60,000 bases of DNA. Origin: Malacoraja senta (taxonomy: Eukaryota). The translations under genes and the position numbers were made by a program. A model generated the notes under the pieces. It was not told where the DNA came from. It made no database searches and saw only the letters and a list, made by a program, of their open reading frames with translations. Shown here piece after piece: positions 26,788 through 41,415 of this stretch. The first letter of the stretch is position 1. Each line of letters opens with the position of its first letter. Where the stretch lies: NCBI GenBank assembly GCA_038087875.1, contig CM075989.1:12650001-12710000 (forward strand). Direction: 5' to 3'.

Positions 26788-28462
26788 CAGTGCCCTCCAT
26801 AATGTTTGGGGCAAAGACCCATCATTTATTTATTTGCCTCTGTACTCCACAATTTGAGATTTGGAATAGAAAAAAATCACATGTGGTTAAAGTGCACATA
26901 GTCAGATTCTAATAAAGGCCATTTTTATACATTTTGGTTTCACCATGTAGAAATTACAGCAGTGTTTATACATAGTTCCCCCATTTCAGGGCACCATAAT
27001 GTTTGTGACACAGCAATGTTATGTAAATGAAAGTAGTCATGTTTAGTATTTTGTTGCATATCCTTTGCATGCAATGACTGCTTAAAGTATGTGATTCATG
27101 GACATCACCAGTTGCAGGGTGTCTTCTCTGGTGATGTTATGCCTGGCCTGTATTGCAGCCATCTTTAGCTTATGCTTGTTTTGGGGGCTAGTCCTTTTCA
27201 GTTTTCACTTCAGCATATAAAAGGTATGCTCAGTTGGGTTCAGATTTGGTGATTGACTTGGCCACTCAAGAATTGACAATTTTTTAGCTTTGAAAAGCTC
27301 CTTTGTTGCTTTAGCAGTATGTTTGGGATCATTGTCTTGCTGTAGAATGAACCGCCAGCCAAAGAGTTTTGAGGCATTTGTTGAACTTGAGCAGATAGGA
27401 TGTGTCTATACACTTCAGAATTCATCATGTTACTACCATCAGGAGTTGTATCATCAATGAAGATAAGTGAGCCAGTACCTTCAGCAGCCATACATGCCCA
27501 GGCCATAACACCCCCACCACTGTGTTTCACAGGTGAGGTGATGCTTTGGATCCTTCTCTCCTCCATACTTTGCTCTTGCCATCACACTGATATAAGTTAA
27601 TCTTCGTCTCATCCCATCCACAAGACCTTATTCCAGAACTGTGGTTGCTCTTTTAACTACTTCTTGGCAAACTGTAACCTGACCATCCTATTTTTGCGGC
27701 TAACCAGTGGTTTGCAACTTGCAATGTAGCTTCTGTATTTCTGTTCATGAAGTCTTCTGCGGACAGTGGACATTGACAAATCCACACCTGACTCCTGAAG
27801 AGTGTTTCTGATCTGTCGGTCAGGTGTTTGGGGATTTTTCTTTATTATAGAGAGAATTCTTCTGTCATCAGCTGTGGAGGTCTTCCTTGGCCTGCCGGTC
27901 CCTTTGCGATTAGTAAGCTCACCAGTGCTCTCTTTCTTCTTAATGATGTTCCAAACAGTTGATTTTGGTAAGCCTAAGGTTTGGCTGATGTCTCTAATAG
28001 TTTTAATCGTGTTTCTCAGTCTCATAATGGCTTCTTTGACTTTCATTGTCACAACTTTGGTCCTCATGTTGATAAACAGCAAAAGTTTCCAAAGGTGATG
28101 GAAAGATTGGAGGAAAGACTAGGTGCTGAGAGCTCTCTTATACCTGCATTAAGGAGGCAATTAAACATGCTTGAGCAATTACAAACGCCTGTGAAGCCAT
28201 GTGTCCCAAACATTATGGTGCCCTGAAGTGGGTGGGGTGGGGGGGGGGGGGGGGGGGGGGAAGAGAGAGACGGGACTATGTGCAAACACAGCTGTAATTT
28301 CTACACGGTAAATCCAAAATGTATAAAAATGGTCTTTAATAAAATCTGACAATGTGCACTTTAACCACGTCATTTCTTTTCTATTCCAAATCTCAAATTG
28401 TGGAGTACAGAGGCAAATAAATTAATGATGGGTCTTTGTCCCAAACATTATGGAGGGCACTG
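26788..28462 (-). mobile_element. Full-length IR/DR-type Tc1 DNA transposon with disrupted transposase
   Basis: TA|CAGTGCCCTCC...GGAGGGCACTG|TA; roughly 225-260 bp inverted repeats with inner direct repeats; HTH/GRPRK in ORF 27657..28082; VKHSGGGVMAWAC in ORF 27240..27566. Confidence 0.95.
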
Positions 28463-31400
28463 TAGTACAGGGTTAAACCAACAATGATTCATGCACTATA
28501 ACTTAGGGTGTCAGGGAAATGATTCAATCACACAGCAGCATAATTGAATGTTGTAAATACATTGAGGCAATAACAAAATTAGCAAACATTGCGTTGACAT
28601 TAATTTGTATTAATGACTTTATTGTCACTTAATTCTAATGGCATTGAACGAGTGGCATCAGTTAAGAAAATTAATAATATTGTAGCCACAGCTTAATTGA
28701 CCATTCTGGTTCAGTCTTTTAAGCCCATCAGATGCAGTGTATAGTTTGGTCGGCTGGCCCCCAAAAGGACTGCAAAGGAAATAGTTTAAGATATTGATGG
28801 GGAAATGAATGAATATTTCCACCTTTATCTTTATGTTCAAATCAACATGAATTATTCCGGGGTCAGATTTAATTTATATTCAAGAATAAATTACTGTCTT
28901 AGAACCCAAGCAAAAGGAACAATAGACAAAACTGATGTTTGAAGATTTGGAAAAGAGTTAAATTTAAATTTCTGACTTTAATATTCATGTTTGGATTTGC
29001 CATGAGGATGAATTTTCCTGACAGGTTTGTCTGCATGTTGTATTGAGATCACACTGTCCAATAAATAAACCATAATATGTATCGTGCTGAAACAAACATC
29101 AGACACAAAGGAAGTCCCAAGTAGGTGGCATGCCAAACTTAAAGTATTGACGGCATCTGCTATTAATAATTCTGAGGAAGACAAAATTGGTTTTGCCACC
29201 GTAATGAATAATCCTTGGCAGAATTGCAATGGAGATCACAAAATCCATTGGTCATAGTGGATACAGTTACAAGCTCCACAATCAAGCATGTTTTCAATTG
29301 ATTAACAGTGGAATAGAGTGTGAGATACCAGAGATGTGTTATCCATCACTATTGTTCTGCTTCTTGTCCTGGTTACTTTCTGTGCCATTGGCAGGTGGCT
29401 GAGCAGAATATTTGTCAAGGATATTACTTGATACAGATTGTGTGTGTGGTTGGGGTAGGAACAGGAAGAGACTACAATTAGCAATGAGAATTTTTTTTTT
29501 TGTAAAATAGTTATAAGATAGCATCCACTCAATCTCGGCTGCATAGGTTGAAGCTATGAGGGTTCTGGAAATCCAGCAGCAGCTGCACCATCAACATTCC
29601 TTGGGACAGAACTTTGCTTTGAGCAATAAAATGATAATTCTATATTTTTAAAAAGATTGACACTGACATATTGCATTATTCAGGTTGAATTATGTTAACA
29701 TATAATATTAGTGTTAGGATTCTCCAGTTGGACATCTGCAACTAATTATAAAAAGAATGTTCATGCTGTCCTCTTGTAGGAGGTTACAATATTACAAGAT
29801 TAACAGCTCATGGGTCCTTGAAGCAGATTTCTTATCTAAAACATTCACAGTATATGTGCATGGTTTTGTCTTTCCAATTCAGTGATTATTTTGCTATTGT
29901 CTGGCTTGTATATCTGTAATTGAACCGCAAACCACTACAGCAATACCAAGATTTGAAGGCCACCAATACCATTTTTTATTTAAATGTTTTTTCATATTTC
30001 CCTGTTTTAGAATGTTTATTGTATAGGGTTTTCTGAAACTCCAATGCTCCCATCAAACATTGGCCTGGTTTGAGCAATGCTGCAATTTGCACCTCAGTTT
30101 TGATATAACACTACCTGCCACATGAACTATTCATTCTCCTCTCCTCCCTCCCCCCCCCCCCCCCCCCCAACCTAATTGGTTAGTTGTTGTCAGGGACAGT
30201 TGAGATGAAGAGAAAAGCAGGAGCAATGGGAAATTTTCCTGAGTACAAGTGACAGAAAAGGCACTAGCACAAAAATTGGCAATTGAAATTAAACTTCAGA
30301 CTAAATTGCAGTGAGTATAGTTACACCCAAGGGATTACTATAGTAACAAGGAAATTAAATATTATTCACCAACTTCCTACATGTGAAAATAAACTTAACA
30401 TGAAGGTGGGGGTTATTTTTCAACACTGCAGTGAGCTATTTACTGTCAAATTGTAATATATTTCAGTTTTTAAACTTTCCATCATGTCCTCAGTTTTTGA
30501 AAAAGTAAGTATTTTTAAGCTCGAGATTAGATGTTTTACCTGGGAGCATACTAGGACCAAAATCTAAGTAGTTAGCAGTTGGTACTGTCTGTTAATTCTT
30601 ACAAAATCTTGGAACACAATTGGTTGGGAATAAACTAAAATTACAGGATTAAATAGAGACAGTTGCAAATTATCAAATAAATTGTGGTGCTGAGATCAGA
30701 AATGATCATTTACACAAACTGCAGAGATGAAGAGTAATGAAATTAATACTAATTCTGTAATCAGAGATCAGGACAAACTATTCAAAGATTTGTCCGGGAG
30801 TGGGATGAATGCACAGTAACAGTAGGAAGTAGCAATAGGACTTAGTTTCCCCATTCAATATTCCTGAATTAGAAAGAGCAGTGATCAAGGGTTAAAGTAG
30901 TTTGTTTAATGAATAGTTGGCAGCAATGCCAGGAGGTGAAATAAATTAAATCACATGAACAAGAGGTAGGTTTTAGCAGTAAAAAAAGCTAGGTGTCGCC
31001 ATGAAAGAAAGCAGTTAATATTTGTACAATGCATTAGGTGAAAGTTCCATATGAAGCTCACCCCCCTCCCCCCGGTCACTGCTGCACAACTCCTAAAAAA
31101 CACAAAACAATCGTGATAGTGACTGCCTGCCCATTCCCCCAGGCACCAATCAGCAGCAGCAAAGTTATTTCCGAAAGTAGTAAAAGGGGAATATTTCATT
31201 TTAACTGCCAAAAGATTATTGGAGCATTTCCAAAGTCACTGTATCTTGAGGTTTGTTTGAAAGTTCATTCTTGCATATCCTATTAATAATTTAATGTTCA
31301 AGGATTAACAATCTTGTTCTTTTCAGTTTAAGACAGTTAACCTTTTAGTAGATTTTGTGCCCAACATACAGAAGTATGAAACATCTAGAAGTTTGAACTG

Positions 31401-33049
31401 GTTTTACCATACTAACCCTTGAAATTGCAGCTCAAATTGTAACTTTTGACAGAATGCTTCACATTATTTCCCTTTAGTCAAAACATGTAATAGATTAGTG
31501 CAAAACAGATCAGTGGCACTGGCTCCATTAACAGTATGGATAACACCATAATTGCAGGTACTTCTCCATTTAAGACCTATTTTGTCATATTTGCTGTTTT
31601 CACTTTAAAAATAAATGTTACTTTCACCAAAATTATATTTTAATGCCTTTCAATATGCAATCACTTTATTCAATTTCTTTGGGACAACAATCAAGGAGAA
31701 AGGTATCAGTGGCAAGAAGAGTCAAATCTGTTCATCTAGTCTTCTGGTTAATGTTGGATTGCCCACAATCTCCACAAAAAGTGGTGGAAATCACCTGGTT
31801 TCACTGTTTGGTATGGATCAACTCCAATTGGTTTTCCAGTCAATGCCATCAAGGAGCATCATTAATGCCAGAATGCTGATCAGGCAGACTCAATTAAAAA
31901 AAAGTCACAGGCAGTCAACCCAAAATCAATGTACGAAAAATATGGAGAAATGCGAACAGAAATTAGCATTTAGAGAAATGCTGATTAATCAAAGATGGTC
32001 AATGTTGATTATTAAGAAGAAACTCTGCCCAACATGATTGTTTTGAGGTATCAAGGAGTGCTCACGAGAGCAGCATAATTGAAGCAGCCGTTTGGTTTTT
32101 GAAGCAACCAAAGCAATTGGTTTTAGAAAAGCGTGTGACAAGAGAAAGTAGTAACGTGCTGGTCTCATAACATAAGTAGTAAAAACTGGTCTCGTGGAAT
32201 ATCAAAAGGTAATAGCCAACACGAGTTGTGGGTATGTGATTCAGTACTAGACTTATTGCTTTTCTTGACAGATACAAACTTTAGACTGGAAGCATAGGGG
32301 GTATGTTTGCCTTTGATATCAAAACTGGTAATAGGATTACCAAAGAAGAAAGTTCAAAGCTGCAGCCCCAAAAATCAGTAAATAGGTGGGCACAAGAGTG
32401 ACAAATGAAATGCAATCTTCAGAATTGTGAAGCAGTTCACTTTTTTGGGTTAAACAAGGGACAGGATATGGTTTCAAGGACATGTCAATTGTGGAGGCAA
32501 AGAGAAAAACAGAAATGCCCAAAGACACAAGGCTAGAACTAAATGATTCCCAATTAGTGCACATACAGTTCTGGTCACAACACAAGAGGGATTGAACAGC
32601 ATTAGAGAACGTGCAGAGATACAAGGATAGGGAGCAGTTAAGAGAGACTGGATTTGGTTTGCTCAGGTTAGAGGTGGGAGCAAAATATAAAATTGCAGGG
32701 TATAGACAGGGTAGATAGTGGGTAATGTTTTATCAGCAGAGATGTCTAAAGTTAGCCTTAGGGAAAGAGGTTTACAGAGGATTGAGGAATACTTTTTTCA
32801 CCAAGAGGGTGGTTTATATGGTGGAGAAATACTCTTAGTTATTTAATGATTGTGTACATATTTAAATGCTAAGGCATAGAGAACTATGTATCTGTGCTGG
32901 TAAATTGAATTAGTATAGATTGACACTTGATCAACATGGTTTATGGTGGGCTGAAGGGCATCCATGATATTGTCAGGACTGTTACAGGAGAAGATCAATT
33001 AGTTCAATTTTTGTTCCAAAGAAAATAACCCCAACTTAGTTGAAGTATA

Positions 33050-33292
33050 TAGTTTAGTGATACTGCATGGAATCAGGTCCATCGAGAGCAAGCCGACTAT
33101 GGATCACCTGCTCATGTGAGTTCTATGTCATCCCACTTTCTCATCCACTCCCTACACACTAAGGGTAATTTACAGAGGCCAATTAACATACAAACCCACA
33201 TCTTGGGATGTGGAAGAAAGCAAAACACCTAGAGGAAACCCATGCGGACACAGAGAGAATGGGCAAACCTCAAGGTCAGGATCGAACCTCGT
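33050..33292 (-). mobile_element. Degraded V-SINE
   Basis: Reverse complement of the V-domain (gaaacccatgcggacacagagagaatgggcaaac) and B-box-like ggatcgaacc. Confidence 0.55.
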
Positions 33293-33899
33293 GGGGTTTT
33301 AAACAAAGCGAAGATTGACAGGATTAGAGTGGAGGAGCAAACCATTTACCCAGATGTGGGGTATTGAATTCACAGGCAAAAACTGTCACTGCATTTAAAA
33401 CGTGCCTGATGAGCTCCTGAAGAGCTGCAACCCTCAGCTAAGCACCAAGATCGGGAAGTAGAACTAATCCATTTTGGCTGGCATACAAATTTGCCATCCA
33501 TTTTTACAACAGCTCTGCAAGCACTGTCCAGCAATGCTTCTGGAACTCCTGAAGAACAGCGACAAATGTGTGGATTAGGCAAAAGCAGCTTTAGATGTAT
33601 AGATTCTCTGTGATGCAGACCTATTTAATCATTATCCTTCTGGAGACAGACAGACAGAATTGATACCACCAACAATGTCCCATACATAATGGCATAATCC
33701 CCCCCCCCCCCCCCACCCCCCGAGATCTGGGACAATCTGGATACTTGTGTTTAAAATTTAAATACAAAATTGGTAGAGTGTATCTGTGGAGCACATGCTC
33801 AGCCGGAGACCAGGATTGGTTCCAACACCAAGGAATTGTCATTTGTCTACCACCGTCTAATGCCCAGTCCTGCAAATGGTAGCATCACCTTGCCTTGAA

Positions 33900-34210
33900 A
33901 TAAACAAAACAAATTCACCAACATTTCATTTTAATTAAGATTTAAATGCACAGAATATATTTTAAATGGTTATAAACTGAAAATTTGGAAAACAATCATA
34001 GTACATGCATAAAATACACAGGAGTAATTTACAAAACAACAATTACATTTAATACCAAGAAACGTGACAGAAAGAAATGGAAGGACAAATTAGTGATTGT
34101 GGAAAAGAAACGCCGTCTGTGTGGTTAACACTTCATGAACATTCCTATTCTTAAACAGCACGTGAATCTTGTAAAGCACCTACGATAGTAAGGCTTATGG
34201 GTGTTTTATT
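33900..34210 (-). promoter_or_regulatory. Candidate RAB11A polyadenylation signals: AATAAA (34205-34210) and ATTAAA (33930-33935) with a GU/U-rich downstream element
   Basis: Plus-strand TTTATT and TTTAAT; the minus strand reads tggtgaatttgttttgttta just after the distal signal. Confidence 0.5.
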
Positions 34211-34467
34211 CAATTTGCCCTTTTGCTAACACCACTTAGAAAACCCATCACTTTACATGATAAACTTATTTTTACACTACTTGTGAATATTATAAAAATG
34301 TTCCAAAGCTGAAATTAATTTAATGCAGTAATTTGCTTAGAAAGACAGTGCAACATGTTTAAGATAATTGTCACATTAATCAGCAAGTTTTGAATTACAA
34401 AAAACAAACGGCAAGCATGACATACATACAATATACCGAGGCCCAGGGAATGGTGAAAGAAGTCAGT

Positions 34468-34626
<159 letters not shown>

Positions 34627-35549
34627 TTAGTACAACAATCCTTAAACTGAAAAAAAAATCAAGCTAGCTCTAATTCAAGAATCATTTTTGCTCATTTTAC
34701 CAAATGTATTAATTTAGCATTGACAAAAATCTTGGTGACAGTATAGGAGTGTCCCTAGAATAAAAATGGCAAGCCCTTTTTCGTTATTTACTCACCTCCC
34801 TTCACCCAAGTTTGATGCCAAGCCGAGATTGTCATGCCGGAAACAAACAAGCAATAAGCCCAAACCCTGTTCCTAGTAGGTTACAATGTTTTGAGTACAG
34901 GGGTAAACACAAATCAACTATGAAATAATGGCCATTGGTTTACATTGTTAAAATTAACCTAAAGTGGTCTCTGCCAGGTGCATTTTAATCTGCCATTAGC
35001 CAGTAAGCAGGAGTTGAATGTTCCCCAGGAAAGACAGTTTGAATCATTTCAAATAACGTCGTGAAAAGTTAGGCTAAAACAGCCTAACCAAAAAACAGGT
35101 TTTTACATTAACTGAAAACAATCTTAATTGTGTTTCATTTTGTGAAAAAACTAAATTCATAAGATCCAACAGTAAATCTTTAAATAAAGAAAAAGTCACA
35201 CAAACTAAGAATTTTCCACAATTCAATTGAAGGAAGTGGACTTTAAACCTTGTTTATTTTCTCACTTCCCGTCTCCTAGTTTACTAGCCAATGCTGTAGC
35301 TTTTGCTTTGTTCACCAGGGGTAACAAAGCAACATTGAACCACAATTCAATAGCAGGACCAAGAGGCCAAGACTGGTCGTGCCAGGAGCAAAAAGGTAGG
35401 TTTCGCCACAGTCTGTTGTAGCGCAATATCTCTACAGTCAATACAAACTCCAAAAGAATGCATTGGGCCATTGTCATTAAGTGCCAATAGGCATAATGTG
35501 GGGCAAATTCAAAATGAACTATTCAGCCCTGAAGAGCTGCTGTAGCATG

Positions 35550-36100
35550 CCTCCAATGACACTTACCAATTACTACAGATGCATCATAAAAAGCATCCTA
35601 TTTGTATGTATCACAACTTAGTTTGGAAATTGCTCTGCCCAACACCTCAAGCAATGGTAGAGTTGTTGATGTAGCCCAGTCCAACTAACTAACCAGCTTT
35701 CTTTCCCCCTCCCCACCCTCAGACTCCATCTGCACTTCATACTGCCTCAGGAAAGCAGCCAACCTAACCATGGACCACCCATACTTCAGTCACTACATCG
35801 TGTCAGGCAGAAGATACACCCTGAAAGCACATAGAATCGCTCATGAACCGCTTTTTGTCTTCTGATTTAGGACTATTGAATGGGCCTCTCATACGTCAAG
35901 GGTGTAGTCCCAATCTCGCAACCTATCTCAGCCCTTTTATTTTTTGCTGTCTGCACTTTCTTTAACTGTAACACTATTCTGCATTCTGGTTATTTTTCTC
36001 TCTGCACTTTGTTGTACTTGTGTTGTACTCGTGTATGGTACGATTTACCTGGATAGTACGCAAATGCATTTTCACTGTGACATGGTATACATGACAACAA
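35550..36100 (+). mobile_element. Degraded Rex1/Babar-like 3' fragment
   Basis: Reverse-complement similarity to the 15.7-16.5 kb copy (tactacagatgcatcataaaaagcatcct...; cattttcactgt tail). Confidence 0.5.
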
Positions 36101-38056
36101 TTTGTAGCTTAAACCTGTACACCAAAGTCCCTCTTTACCTCACATTCTCAAGCACCCTAGTGTATGTCCCATCCTTATTAGTCCTCCAAATGAGTATCAC
36201 AATTAAAGGTTCAACACAATCTGTTCTGCTTATGTTAGTAATTGATCAATACCATCCAGTATCATCGTACAACTATTTTCCTTACAATCAACAAGACCTG
36301 CAAACTTACTAATCATATCTCTGAATTTTCATATCCAGAATTTCTCTCACTCTCTCTGTGATGAGATAATGAAGGTGAGCATCCCTTTTTGAATTTCCTC
36401 ATTACCACAATCATGGACAATCGACATTGCATTGTCACCCCCTCTGTTGCATCCCTAGGCCATACCTGCAGATTCCAGACTCTGGAATGTTGCCTTGTTA
36501 GTCTTGCCCTCTAGGCAGTAACAAGAAGGCCAATTGATCTTAACTCAATGACTACTTCATATCCAGCAAAATGCTGCAACATACATCTGGACCCCCCCCC
36601 CCCCCCCACCCCCATTACCAGCAGCTCCCATATGGTTGGAAGGAAATCTTTGATCCTGCCACCTTTGCCGCATCAATTTCAACACTAATGACAATTGAAA
36701 TAAAGCCTACACCAAACACATTATCAAAAACAAGCAAATCATTCCCAAGCTCCCCGATTAACTCCAGGCTCAGAGATCATGGTTACAGACTACACCGTCT
36801 TTTGCCAGTTACTGCAGTAACTCAAGATTAGACAGTGGATCATTCTGCCCTCCACAGAAATTGGTGGATACAACTTTGGATGAACTCAATCTCTGAAAAA
36901 GTTTTTTAATTTCCACTTTAATTTATGCAAAATCAACAACACTACTGAGTGATGACCTTGGATACAGCTCTACATTCCACAAAGGACGTAACATCAGTGC
37001 ATGGAAATCAACAGTTGCCAGTCATAGAATACAATCACAAAAAGGTCAAAGGGATTTGTAAATTGCTTATTGTACAACAGGACCCAGTCATCTCTTGTGG
37101 TTTATTGGAAGATAGCTTCAAACAAAGTTTGTTCTGTTGTCATGCAGAGACTCGTGAAAATTCCAGAGAGGTTTGGGACTCTGCATCCCACCACCCAATA
37201 ACATAACCAAACCCTTTCAGACCGAGAGCAGCTTGGAAGACAAGTCATCAGAATTTGAATGGGTTGGAATTTACTGATGGATCTTTACCATCATTTTCAC
37301 CCTCCGTTCCAACTTCCAGGAATGATGGGGCAAGGACAACAGAAATCTCAGGTAACTGAAGAGGCAAAGGTATCCAGTAAACGAGTGAGAGTATAGGATT
37401 GATAAAGAAATTAAAAGATACGAGCCAAGTTCAGAAAGAAACACTCCACAGAGGAAAAAGAAAATATTTATAGTATTAAAATCTGAATTATCTATCTGAA
37501 GGATTGAATTGTTCATTTGCTGGCAAGAGTAGACTGCTATTAATTACATGATTTTAGTGGAAGTTTAACAACACATGAATTTCACAAAATCAAGTACGAG
37601 CTAATAGTAGAACAGTGCAAACCTCCTTGTGACAGGGTGATTCATAGGTCATCGCTGCACTAACTTATGCCCTAATAACAGGCCCATTCCCACACCATTA
37701 GTTTACCAGAAGTCCCATTGTATATAGATAAGAAAACGTAGATTTTATTTTAATTGAAATGGGAGCACTGGGCCATTTGGCCCTTAAACCTGTTCTACCA
37801 TTCAACATGATGGCTGAGCATATACATTTGTGCACTGGATCTCCTTTCTGACAGCATCCCCACGTTAAATTTAACAATCTAACCTTAACTGTCTGATAGC
37901 GAATTCCCATATCTAGAGAATTCCTGACTTGAGGACATTTCTCCCTCCTCCGCCTCAAACAACTTGTCCCACATCCTTGACCCATGACCTCTGGTTCCAA
38001 AATCCTCATTAACAGGAACATCCACTGTTGATTCCCATCGCAACTTTACAAGATTC

Positions 38057-38306
38057 TTTTTTTTTAAAATATTTTAATTTTATTAGAAGTACAGTAATAT
38101 GGCACCAAGGTGCCTAATATATATTGACATGTTACATTGTATGTACAGCTTCTTAATTTTTTTAAAATAATGAAAGAGAGAATAGATAATAAAAGATAGA
38201 AAAACATGTGATATATGGTGTGTGAAAAGGAAAAAGGGGGGAAAGAGGGAAAGTGACAAAAAGAAAAGGAGAGAGAAAGAGTAGAGAGTAGGAAATTAAG
38301 GAGATA
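38057..38306 (-). mobile_element. L1-like 3' UTR and polyA fragment inserted in a CR1 remnant
   Basis: T-run followed by ttattagaagtaca as in the 7084 and 8225 copies; exact 16-bp TSD caactttacaagattc at 38041-38056 / 38307-38322. Confidence 0.8.
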
Positions 38307-39605
38307 CAACTTTACAAGATTCAATGAGATCCTCTCATTCTTCTGATCTCCAGTAAAAATGCCTAACCTTTCTAATCTCTCCTCAGTAACAAACACTGAC
38401 ATCCTAGGAGTCAGTCTGAGTAACCTTCACTGCACTCCTGCTACCAGAATATCCTTCCTCAAAACTGCACACATCACCAAGCCCCCCCCCTTACAATTGC
38501 AGCAAAACATCCACGCTCCAGTACACAAAACCTCACTTTGCACTTCAGACTTTTTCTGTAAGATTACTCGTATACCCAATGTTTCTCCTTTTATTTAAAA
38601 CCCCCTGGTGTACCTCTGCTTAGTTCTCAATTGTTTCCAGGCCTCAGGTTTGCTGCTTTCTTAAGGAATATATCTTATTGGATTCAATACTATCCCTAAT
38701 TTACCTCCTACCACGTGAGGAGGCCTCAGGAGAAGACTCGACAGCGATGTGGAGCAGTCGGTGCGACGGCTGATGATGGCGCAATCAGCAGTCGATGAGC
38801 ATTGGAGGGGGGGGAGAGAAAGACAATGGGGACCGGGTGTGGGGGGACCACCGTGAAGAACAATGGAGGACCCGGAGTGGGGGGACCGCCGTGAGGGACG
38901 GTGTGAGAACAAAGGGGGACCCAGTGTGGGGGGGCCACTCTAGTTGTAGAATCCTCTGCCCAGGGGATAAGCCTGCGTTCATTTGTTCATTAAGGTGCCG
39001 TTAAGGCAGCCAGCCAACAGTTGCTCATCTTTTTCTTTTTTGTTTCCAATTTCACTTTTAATTTAATTTTAATTTCAAGTTTTCGTGTACCTTGTTGTGT
39101 GTTGTGACTGTTGGCAGACCAATTTCCCTCCGGGAATGAATAAAGTTCTATCATATAGTATATCAGTGTAATTTTCTTTATTTAAATTTAGGACAGTCAT
39201 CTTAATCCACCACACCCCTCTCTCCATCTCAATGAAGAATTCTACCATATAGTGGTCACACTATTTCAAGGGTCTCAAGCATCAAAACTGTTAATTAATC
39301 TGTTTGGATCACACAATTCCCAGTCCAGGATTGCCTGTTCTGTGGTTGGTTCTTTGACATATTTGTGCAGAATATCATCCCATGTATATTCCAGGAATTC
39401 CCCCTCCATACTATTGTTACTAATTTGGTTAGCCCAATTTGTGGGTGGATTCAAGTCACCCATGATTACAGTTATATCCTCAATGCACATGTTCTGTTAG
39501 TGCCATCCCCAATATCCCACTACTATTGGGGGGGGTTCTGTAAACAGTCTATTTTTTGTCCCTTGGTAATTCTTAGCCCTACCCCTACAGATTTCACATC
39601 ATTGG

Positions 39606-39998
39606 TAGACAAAATGCTGGAGTAACTCAGCGGGACAGGCAGCATCTCTGGAGCGAAGGAAAGGGTGATGTTTCGGGTTGAGACCCTTCTTCAGACCGAG
39701 AGTCGGGGAGGGGGAGATACAGAGATAAGGAAGTGCAAGGTGTATGAATGAGACATCAAAGGGGGTGGAGATAAAGAAAAATATAGAATAGATCATTGTT
39801 AGTTTGTTAGGTAACAACAAGCAAACAGATAAAATGTAATCAGGGACAGTCAGACTGGTCATAGAACTGGGAAGGGGAGGCCTGGAGTGAGGAGGAAAGC
39901 AGGGGTTACGTGAAGTTAGAGAAGTCAATATTCATACCATTGAGGTGTAAGCTGCCCAAACTAAATAGGAGGTGCTATTCCTCCAATTTGCACTGGGC
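39606..39998 (-). mobile_element. Penelope-like element 3' fragment (GIY-YIG C-terminus and pLTR) inside a CR1 endonuclease remnant
   Basis: Homologous to 261-560; 11-bp TSD cacatcattgg at 39595-39605 / 39999-40009; flank encodes VIMGDLNPPTNWAN...AILD (CR1 APE). Confidence 0.8.
39664..39697 (-). ncRNA. Minimal type-I hammerhead ribozyme motif in a pLTR (GGU-CUGAAGA-stem II-GAAAC-AUC-ACC)
   Basis: CUGANGA and GAAA boxes intact; stem II GGGU/ACCC; stem I GGU/ACC; G16.2 replaced by A, consistent with CpG decay. Confidence 0.6.
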
Positions 39999-41277
39999 CA
40001 CATCATTGGAATCAATATCCTTTCTCACCACTTTATATGCAATAACACCATTCCACATCCTTTTCATACCCAAACTAACACTCCATACTCATTTCGATTC
40101 TCAGTATCCACAATCCCAATAATGCCCATATATTAAGATGCCTTTTTTCCTTTGGAAAATGCAACACCTCATTCTGACTGAACTACTATTAAAGTTTCCA
40201 CAAAGGTACGCTTGTAAAAAAACAGCTCGGCTGTCCCGTCACATGCAATCACACAACAATAATAATACGGAAACTTACACAGAACTCAAGCTGGAGACAA
40301 AGCACGGCAGATGCTAGGATCCCAAGCAAAAAATTAAAAAAAACAGCATGAGGAACTCAGCAGGTCAGGTCGTATCTGTGCAGGCAATGAAGACTATCTC
40401 TTTGCCACCATAAATAATATCTGACCCACTGACTTCCACCAGCAGCTTGGATTTTTTTCTCCCAAACACAAACTCTACACTTGATCGACTCGGCATCTGT
40501 AATGGCAGCTCATTTAACAACCCCATCAAGGTTTGTCCAGCACAGAAATAATTACACAGCCAGTTCATCACTTCTGAAATTCTGCCACAGTTCTGCCTTG
40601 GTATTTGTTTAGCTGGATGAGAGGTTAAACCCTGGGTTAGTGGCTATTTCACCACTTGTACAGGGTTCTGATCTAGACAATAAAATGAGGCTCTCCAAAG
40701 GCATCAAGATCTTTCTGCATGATACGAGTCAAATCAAGTATCATGAATCCACCAGAGAAGTCTGCTGCCCAAAGTGGACTAATGTGAAAGTCTGTATGAG
40801 CTGTTATATTAAGGCAGAGGAAAGGATCTTTTTATCTACCGAGATAAGCACTGGCTATCTAAACTATTCACATTCACCACCCAAAATATTGCACACAAAA
40901 TAGTGAGATTTCAAAATATCTCTTGCAAGTTTTACTCCCTATCTCAGAGGCTGATGACAGTGGGAATTCTTGTTTATCATCAAGTTACAGCTGTAAGTGA
41001 CAGGAAGTTGTTCCAAGCTGCATGCCCTGACGTCTTTGAGTAACCGCACTCTGGACGTGCAGAGACAAGCCACAGAAGCCTCCCTCAGGAAGACAAATTA
41101 CCCAAAAAAAACACACCACTGTCCCCCACACAATGAGAGGAAGCTAGTGTCACAAATAAAAACCACAATTACCTTTATTTTGCACAATATAACTATTAGC
41201 ACACATATTGTTTATCAGGTCTGCATCTTGCATTTTAAGACAATCTTCATTTTAGTCCCAATGAATCAACATACCTG

Positions 41278-41408
41278 CGGGGTGGGAGATTACAACCTTC
41301 ACGTGGTCCACCCTATTTCGACTAATGTAATCAACCCGACATGCACAAATAGATCAAATAGAACAAGTTGACCTACAACTTTAGGCTGTGCACGCCATAC
41401 ACAAGAAG
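41278..41408 (+). mobile_element. 131-bp retroelement 3' fragment with (GAA)n tail (RTE-like) at the RAB11A exon 4 donor
   Basis: 10-bp TSD aacatacctg at 41268-41277 / 41409-41418; caagaagaa tail. Confidence 0.7.
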
Positions 41409-41415
41409 AACATAC

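Noticed and set aside
30149..30168. Poly-C runs (also near 13423, 33699, 36592, 47346, 49340)
   Set aside because: Simple homopolymers with no evidence of function; lengths may be unreliable.
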